Sequence record: MK773491.1
Length of the DNA: 64,000 nucleotides
Direction: 5' to 3' (one strand)
The translations under genes and the position numbers were made by a program. Positions 59,380 through 64,000 of the stretch are shown here, one piece after another; the first letter of the stretch is position 1; each line of letters starts with the position of its first letter. The notes under the pieces are model-generated. The model did not search any database and was not told the DNA's origin. It was given only the letters and a program-made list of their open reading frames with translations.

Positions 59380-59413
59380 CTACATAACATTATATACAAT
59401 TTGAAGAATCAAT

Positions 59414-59441
59414 AAGGAAAGCAATTGCTTTCCTTTTCTTT
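59414..59441 (+). terminator. perfect 22-bp palindrome plus T tract
   Basis: AAGGAAAGCAATTGCTTTCCTT then TTCTTTT. Confidence 0.65.
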
Positions 59442-59459
59442 TAACTATGGAAAACTACA

Positions 59460-59861
59460 ATGCGAAAGAATGCACTAATCAAAATGCTACAAGAGATTGA
59501 AGGTAATCCAGAGATTGTTATCTGGAATGGTTATGTAGATGATTACATGAACATCGATAAAGAAACCTTCAAAATCACTTTAGTGAAAGAAACGGAAGAA
59601 TTTATATTCAATGCTCTCAAATATGAATGGTGTCAAATGAATAATACATTTGATGTACCAGAAGAACAGTTAGCGAAGATTGCTGAACGTGCTAAAGAAG
59701 TACACAAAAAACGGGAGTATGATTTCGCCAATCCACATGTAACACCTGAAGAGTACGAACAATGGTACGGTAAAAAGACCTTGACAAAATATGTTATTTC
59801 CCCTAAACTACGTGGTAAAACATCATTAGGTGTATTCAACGCCGCTGACTTAGAATACTAA
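59460..59861 (+). CDS. hypothetical protein
   Basis: MRKNALIKMLQEIEGNPEIV start. Confidence 0.7.
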   Translation: MRKNALIKMLQEIEGNPEIVIWNGYVDDYMNIDKETFKITLVKETEEFIFNALKYEWCQMNNTFDVPEEQLAKIAERAKEVHKKREYDFANPHVTPEEYEQWYGKKTLTKYVISPKLRGKTSLGVFNAADLEY

Positions 59862-59870
59862 GAGGTTAGA

Positions 59871-60278
59871 ATGAACGAACTGATTGACAATTGGATGAAA
59901 AATGTTAAAACTTACCCGCCTTCTGAAATTTTCTATGCTAAGTATGGAAAAGAAGCAAAGGCTGAAACACGCATTCAGAACATCTGTGAAGACCTTTATC
60001 GTTTTTGCTATCCAGAGGGTGAAGTTAACGTTTTATCTGAACTAGGAGCTTCCTATCGCGAATTTGAGGTGCTATGCATCATGGGTTTGTCTGAGATTAA
60101 GCCTGAACGTGTATTAGAAGTAAGTACTAAATTCTTAAATTGTGCAAAAGTTGCATGTGCTGCACTAGAAAAAATGCACAAGAAAGACCAACTACTAAAC
60201 GAGTACTACAAGTCTTGGAAGGTTAAGTATCAAGATATTAGTACTGAAGTTTATAAACTAACTAAGGAGTTCCGCTAA
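59871..60278 (+). CDS. hypothetical protein
   Basis: GAGG RBS. Confidence 0.65.
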   Translation: MNELIDNWMKNVKTYPPSEIFYAKYGKEAKAETRIQNICEDLYRFCYPEGEVNVLSELGASYREFEVLCIMGLSEIKPERVLEVSTKFLNCAKVACAALEKMHKKDQLLNEYYKSWKVKYQDISTEVYKLTKEFR

Positions 60279-60823
60279 TGCCTGAACTATTCCGTCCGGG
60301 AGCACATATTCCAAAAGGTTATACAGTTTGTATTACATCATGGGAAAATGATGGTGATGATTACGACAATAATTTTATTCGTGGTATTCAAACAAAAGAA
60401 GAAGTAAATCAATTGCTTCATATCATGACTTGGTTTAGTCATCGCGAAGAAGATATGGGTAATGAAGATATTCAACATGAAGAAATCCTAGAACGCTTGC
60501 ATCAAGGTCACATTGATGGTATCTTTACACCAGAATTTGTTAACAAACACTTTGATCTAGAACTTCCCGCAGTTGATTGTACTGATGAAGAATTCGATGA
60601 TTGGTTAGATTCTGTTGTGTTGAATAACGGATACAATGATGTTGAAGATTTCATTCATCAAACACTTGGTTATCCAGTACAATACGATTCTGACTTTGCA
60701 CGTATGGTAGAACGTGTTCACGTTTATTTCTTTGAAGAAGATTTGCATATTCCTGATGCACCAAAACCTATCACCACATTTGATGGTGCATATCGTGCTG
60801 ATAAAGTAGACTGGAAAATGTAA
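60278..60823 (+). CDS. hypothetical acidic protein
   Basis: ITSWENDGDDY motif, AAGGAG RBS. Confidence 0.7.
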   Translation: MPELFRPGAHIPKGYTVCITSWENDGDDYDNNFIRGIQTKEEVNQLLHIMTWFSHREEDMGNEDIQHEEILERLHQGHIDGIFTPEFVNKHFDLELPAVDCTDEEFDDWLDSVVLNNGYNDVEDFIHQTLGYPVQYDSDFARMVERVHVYFFEEDLHIPDAPKPITTFDGAYRADKVDWKM

Positions 60824-60838
60824 TATAGGAGAGCACTC

Positions 60839-61534
60839 ATGATAAAATATATTAAAGAAAATTTGTATATTCCCGTGGGTGCTCTTTTAGTACTAATGTT
60901 ATTAACTATAATAATTAATGGGATTTATGCTGGATATGTTCAGTATAGTGAAAAAGAGGATACTACTATGTATGGCTTAATGTATGTTGGTTCGGGTGGA
61001 GAACGACTATATGTAACGAATACCGGGCGTGGTTCAACATCAGATGATATTAGCAACATTGCTGAACTAGCACAGCATAAAACTGCGGTATTGGCTGCAA
61101 AAGCATTACTGAAGAATGGTTGGCTTGATGACGATGATGGTGAACTTTATGTGGTTGAAATTGCTAAGGTGGCAGTGAATATTGAGAAGATGGATAAACC
61201 TAAACAGAAAGAAGGTTTCTTTATTTGTTATGATGTTTACGATAAGAATGGGAAACTAGTAACTGAATATTATCGTGGCCCACAATCACGCGAATATTAT
61301 TCTAGTAACGAGTTCACTGATTCAATTACCCCAAGTACTGCTTTCAAAACTGAAAAGAAAGCATTAGCTGCATGGGAACGTATTTTTAAATCCATGAGAG
61401 AATCAGAAGGTTATTACAACGATAATATGAAACGTTGGGGTCGTCCATACAGCAATAACTACAAAGATTACACCGAACGTAACGATCACATAGAAAGAAC
61501 AGCTAGGATTTTAAATTATGCGTCGTGTAATTAA
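60839..61534 (+). CDS. hypothetical protein with N-terminal TM
   Basis: AGGAG RBS; alternative internal start at 60968 has its own GAGGA. Confidence 0.6.
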   Translation: MIKYIKENLYIPVGALLVLMLLTIIINGIYAGYVQYSEKEDTTMYGLMYVGSGGERLYVTNTGRGSTSDDISNIAELAQHKTAVLAAKALLKNGWLDDDDGELYVVEIAKVAVNIEKMDKPKQKEGFFICYDVYDKNGKLVTEYYRGPQSREYYSSNEFTDSITPSTAFKTEKKALAAWERIFKSMRESEGYYNDNMKRWGRPYSNNYKDYTERNDHIERTARILNYASCN

Positions 61535-61733
61535 TTTCTTGACATTCTGTACTGTATCAATTATAATGATTGCATTAACATTGATGGTTGGTTTTATTCC
61601 ACTAGCACTATCTTCCTTCTTCGGGTATTCTGAAATAGAGATGGTTGCTAGATTGCTGGGATGTGTTTTAGTAATCCCAATGCTCCGATTAACATTTAAA
61701 GCAATCGACTATACATTTGATAAAACTCATTAG
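61518..61733 (+). CDS. small 2-TM membrane protein
   Basis: Hydrophobic 71-aa ORF. Confidence 0.6.
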   Translation: MRRVINFLTFCTVSIIMIALTLMVGFIPLALSSFFGYSEIEMVARLLGCVLVIPMLRLTFKAIDYTFDKTH

Positions 61734-61741
61734 GAGAACGT

Positions 61742-62185
61742 ATGCAAAAGGGTGTGTCTATTTTTTACGAATTTCACGATCAAGGCTGTCCACATGTGAT
61801 AGCTGGTATCTATTCCCCGTACATGAAAACAGAAGAAGAAATGCGTACTCAATTGTTGAGTCTCATTGGTCATGACTCTTTTCATGAACGTGATGAACCA
61901 ATCTTCGTTAATCACACTCATGTATATGCTAAATCTCTATTGGGTGAAGAAATGGATAAGGAACTAACTAACTTATTCAATAAGTTCTTCCCACAAGCAC
62001 TAAATCCTAATGAACTACCAGTATCCCCAATGAAATTCTATCATACTGAAGTGGGTGCATATGAGTTCATTTGGAATAATCGTTACAGTACTGAACTACA
62101 TGAGCACCGTGTTGAATTACAAAGAAAAGCAGCGGAAGAATATCGCCGGAAACGGGCAGAACGTAAACGCCAAGAAGGTGAATAA
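61742..62185 (+). CDS. hypothetical protein
   Basis: AGGAG RBS. Confidence 0.7.
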   Translation: MQKGVSIFYEFHDQGCPHVIAGIYSPYMKTEEEMRTQLLSLIGHDSFHERDEPIFVNHTHVYAKSLLGEEMDKELTNLFNKFFPQALNPNELPVSPMKFYHTEVGAYEFIWNNRYSTELHEHRVELQRKAAEEYRRKRAERKRQEGE

Positions 62186-63003
62186 TGTTAGAAGAACATA
62201 TTATCAAACGAATACAAATCAGTATCAATAATTCTGAACGTGAAGTACAACGCATGATTAATCATGCGTTGGAACGGTCTAAGTACATTTTAGTATTTCC
62301 GGTATCTTCGAATGAAGAGGAAGATGATCCGGTATACGATAGTGTCTATGTGAGTTTCGATATTGATAATGAGAAAGTACCTAAATTTGTTCCTAAACAT
62401 AGACAAAATGATATTTGGCATTATGAACTAAACGATAACTGTACTTTTGATATGGATTGGTGTGATATTGCAGTACACATGCAAGGTTCAGTATGGATTG
62501 AAACTTCTCGTATTAAAAAACCAGAACTGGAACATGTTCCATTCACTGTACTTGATGATATGCCTGTGCTCAAACGTGGAGCTAATTCCCTATTTGCATC
62601 AACTATTATGACATACTTACGGATGTATGATAATGAATCTTATGAGATGGAAGAAACTATTTGTAATTATCTAGATTCACTACCTCCAGAAGATATGAGT
62701 ATTGATAATGTGTACATTGATGTTACTGATGATGATATTCCATATGGTCGCATTAGCAGTGTAATCCGCGTAAATGGAGAAACAATAGGGTATATGTCTC
62801 AGAGAGGTCGTGAATTACTTGATGTAAGAATTTATGCTTACGACAACAAAAAATGCGTAAAATTCATTGAAGATGTTATTGACAAACTCAAGTTACGTGA
62901 TAAAATGATATTCGATTCAATCAATGATATTGATCCGAATTCTGATGCTGATGAATTTTTACCAGTACCGGGATATACTACAAAAAGACATGAAGGTAAT
63001 TGA
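62185..63003 (+). CDS. hypothetical acidic protein
   Basis: 272-aa ORF coupled to upstream stop. Confidence 0.7.
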   Translation: MLEEHIIKRIQISINNSEREVQRMINHALERSKYILVFPVSSNEEEDDPVYDSVYVSFDIDNEKVPKFVPKHRQNDIWHYELNDNCTFDMDWCDIAVHMQGSVWIETSRIKKPELEHVPFTVLDDMPVLKRGANSLFASTIMTYLRMYDNESYEMEETICNYLDSLPPEDMSIDNVYIDVTDDDIPYGRISSVIRVNGETIGYMSQRGRELLDVRIYAYDNKKCVKFIEDVIDKLKLRDKMIFDSINDIDPNSDADEFLPVPGYTTKRHEGN

Positions 63004-63004
63004 C

Positions 63005-63265
63005 ATGAGTAAAATTATTGTGTTACAATGTTTTTCAGATAGCGGATTCAGTACTGATTATATTTTTGAGGGAAATGAATTTTCACGCGATCCAGCAGAT
63101 ATGATTCAGTTAATAAGTGAGCAATTTACTTGTACGGAAAGTAATGGACACCTCCATGTTCTTCATGATACAATAAATTGGTCACCAAAAGTATCTGAAG
63201 ATGTTATTCATGTACTCCGTAAAAACGGGTATGTACTTCTTAATCCTAAGAGGGTCATAGTATGA
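63005..63265 (+). CDS. hypothetical protein
   Basis: Start moved to 63005 (AAGG RBS). Confidence 0.6.
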   Translation: MSKIIVLQCFSDSGFSTDYIFEGNEFSRDPADMIQLISEQFTCTESNGHLHVLHDTINWSPKVSEDVIHVLRKNGYVLLNPKRVIV

Positions 63266-63492
63266 AACTATATTCCATTAATGGGAATGTATATGCTAGT
63301 ACTGATGAACGTTTAACGGATTATAAAATAATTCAACATATGATGAACCGTACAGGTTCATCAGTTAGTACATCACATGAGAGTGTTGAAATTTTAAGTC
63401 CATACGTTAGTTTGTATGATGTAGAAAAAGCATTGAAGGAACTTGGTTTAGAACAAGTTTCTATCATCACTATCAACAAGAAAGGGGTTTAA
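63262..63492 (+). CDS. hypothetical protein
   Basis: ATGA overlap. Confidence 0.6.
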   Translation: MKLYSINGNVYASTDERLTDYKIIQHMMNRTGSSVSTSHESVEILSPYVSLYDVEKALKELGLEQVSIITINKKGV

Positions 63493-63493
63493 T

Positions 63494-63658
63494 ATGATTC
63501 AGGCAATTCTAGTAATCGCGGTTCTTGGTATTCTTGCAGCCATCGGACAAATTGGTTTTGCGATTTGGATGGGTATGGCAGTCGCAGTTGTTCTTGTAAT
63601 TAAGCGTGGTGTGGCTTCGTATGAAGCATCAAAATCACAAGAAGAAATCGTAGAATAA
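63494..63658 (+). CDS. 54-aa membrane protein (not in ORF track)
   Basis: MIQAILVIAVLGILAAIGQIGFAIWMGMAVAVVLVIKR... Confidence 0.55.
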   Translation: MIQAILVIAVLGILAAIGQIGFAIWMGMAVAVVLVIKRGVASYEASKSQEEIVE

Positions 63659-63671
63659 ATTTAAAATGGGG

Positions 63672-63700
63672 TTGACAGCATTATAACAATCCCATATAAT
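63672..63700 (+). promoter_or_regulatory. consensus sigma70 promoter
   Basis: TTGACA-17-TATAAT. Confidence 0.8.
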
Positions 63701-63736
63701 AAACGTCTGGTTAATTATAAAAGGTATATTTAAATA

Positions 63737-64000
63737 ATGAAAAAAGCTATTCTGGGAATTACAATTGGTATCGTACTATCATCCACTAATGTTTATGCAA
63801 ATGACAATAATAACACATATAATTACGGGGATTTAACAGGTTCAGCAGTTTTCAACAATAAAAATAATACTGAAATTAATGTGAATGGAAATGTATCTGG
63901 TTCTGTTGCAATTTACGGCGATAAAGTAACAGTCATTGAGCGTGGAGAGAAAGGCGAAACCGGGGCTAATGGTAAAGACGGTCTTAATGGTAAAGACGGT
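63737..64000 (+). CDS. secreted protein with collagen-like G-X-Y repeats (5' part, truncated by window)
   Basis: Sec signal MKKAILGITIGIVLSSTNVYA, then GEKGETGANGKDGLNGKDG. Confidence 0.7.
   Translation, partial: MKKAILGITIGIVLSSTNVYANDNNNTYNYGDLTGSAVFNNKNNTEINVNGNVSGSVAIYGDKVTVIERGEKGETGANGKDGLNGKDG

Overview
AT-rich segment of a lytic jumbo myophage genome, almost entirely coded on the + strand. The gene set (class Ia nrdAB, DHFR, RNase H, Dda helicase, two-subunit T4-type topoisomerase II, clamp loader, GroES, IF3, ClpS, a DnaE fragment, TelA) resembles my recollection of RaK2/GAP32/PBECO4-like enterobacterial jumbo phages; that assignment is inference, not a database hit. About 1-33 kb holds virion, replication and nucleotide-metabolism genes. 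About 33-64 kb is an accessory region of small early genes with four dispersed tRNA or tRNA-like genes. Three promoter classes are visible: consensus sigma70 TTGACA-17-TATAAT, a repeated G(G/A)GACAAA-N10-TGTG(A/C)TATAAT class (8 copies), and T4-late-like (TA)TAAATA. The strongest candidates for undescribed biology are: (1) a promoter-driven, end-paired ~350-nt structured non-coding RNA at 40846-41196 between two ADP-ribose-erasing enzymes (NADAR and ARH/DraG); (2) a D-arm-less tRNA-like RNA with an Arg UCU anticodon but an Ala-type G3-U70/A73 acceptor; (3) a tRNA-Ser with an ACU anticodon; (4) a structured RNA after tRNA-Thr exposing an anti-Shine-Dalgarno loop; (5) about 10 dispersed small paralogs sharing an EExxF(Q/M)xS motif; (6) a tandem pair of T4-holin-T-like genes; (7) two HExxH head-protein paralogs. 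No CRISPR array, intron, intein or integrase was seen. All family assignments come from motif recognition by eye and need HMM confirmation.
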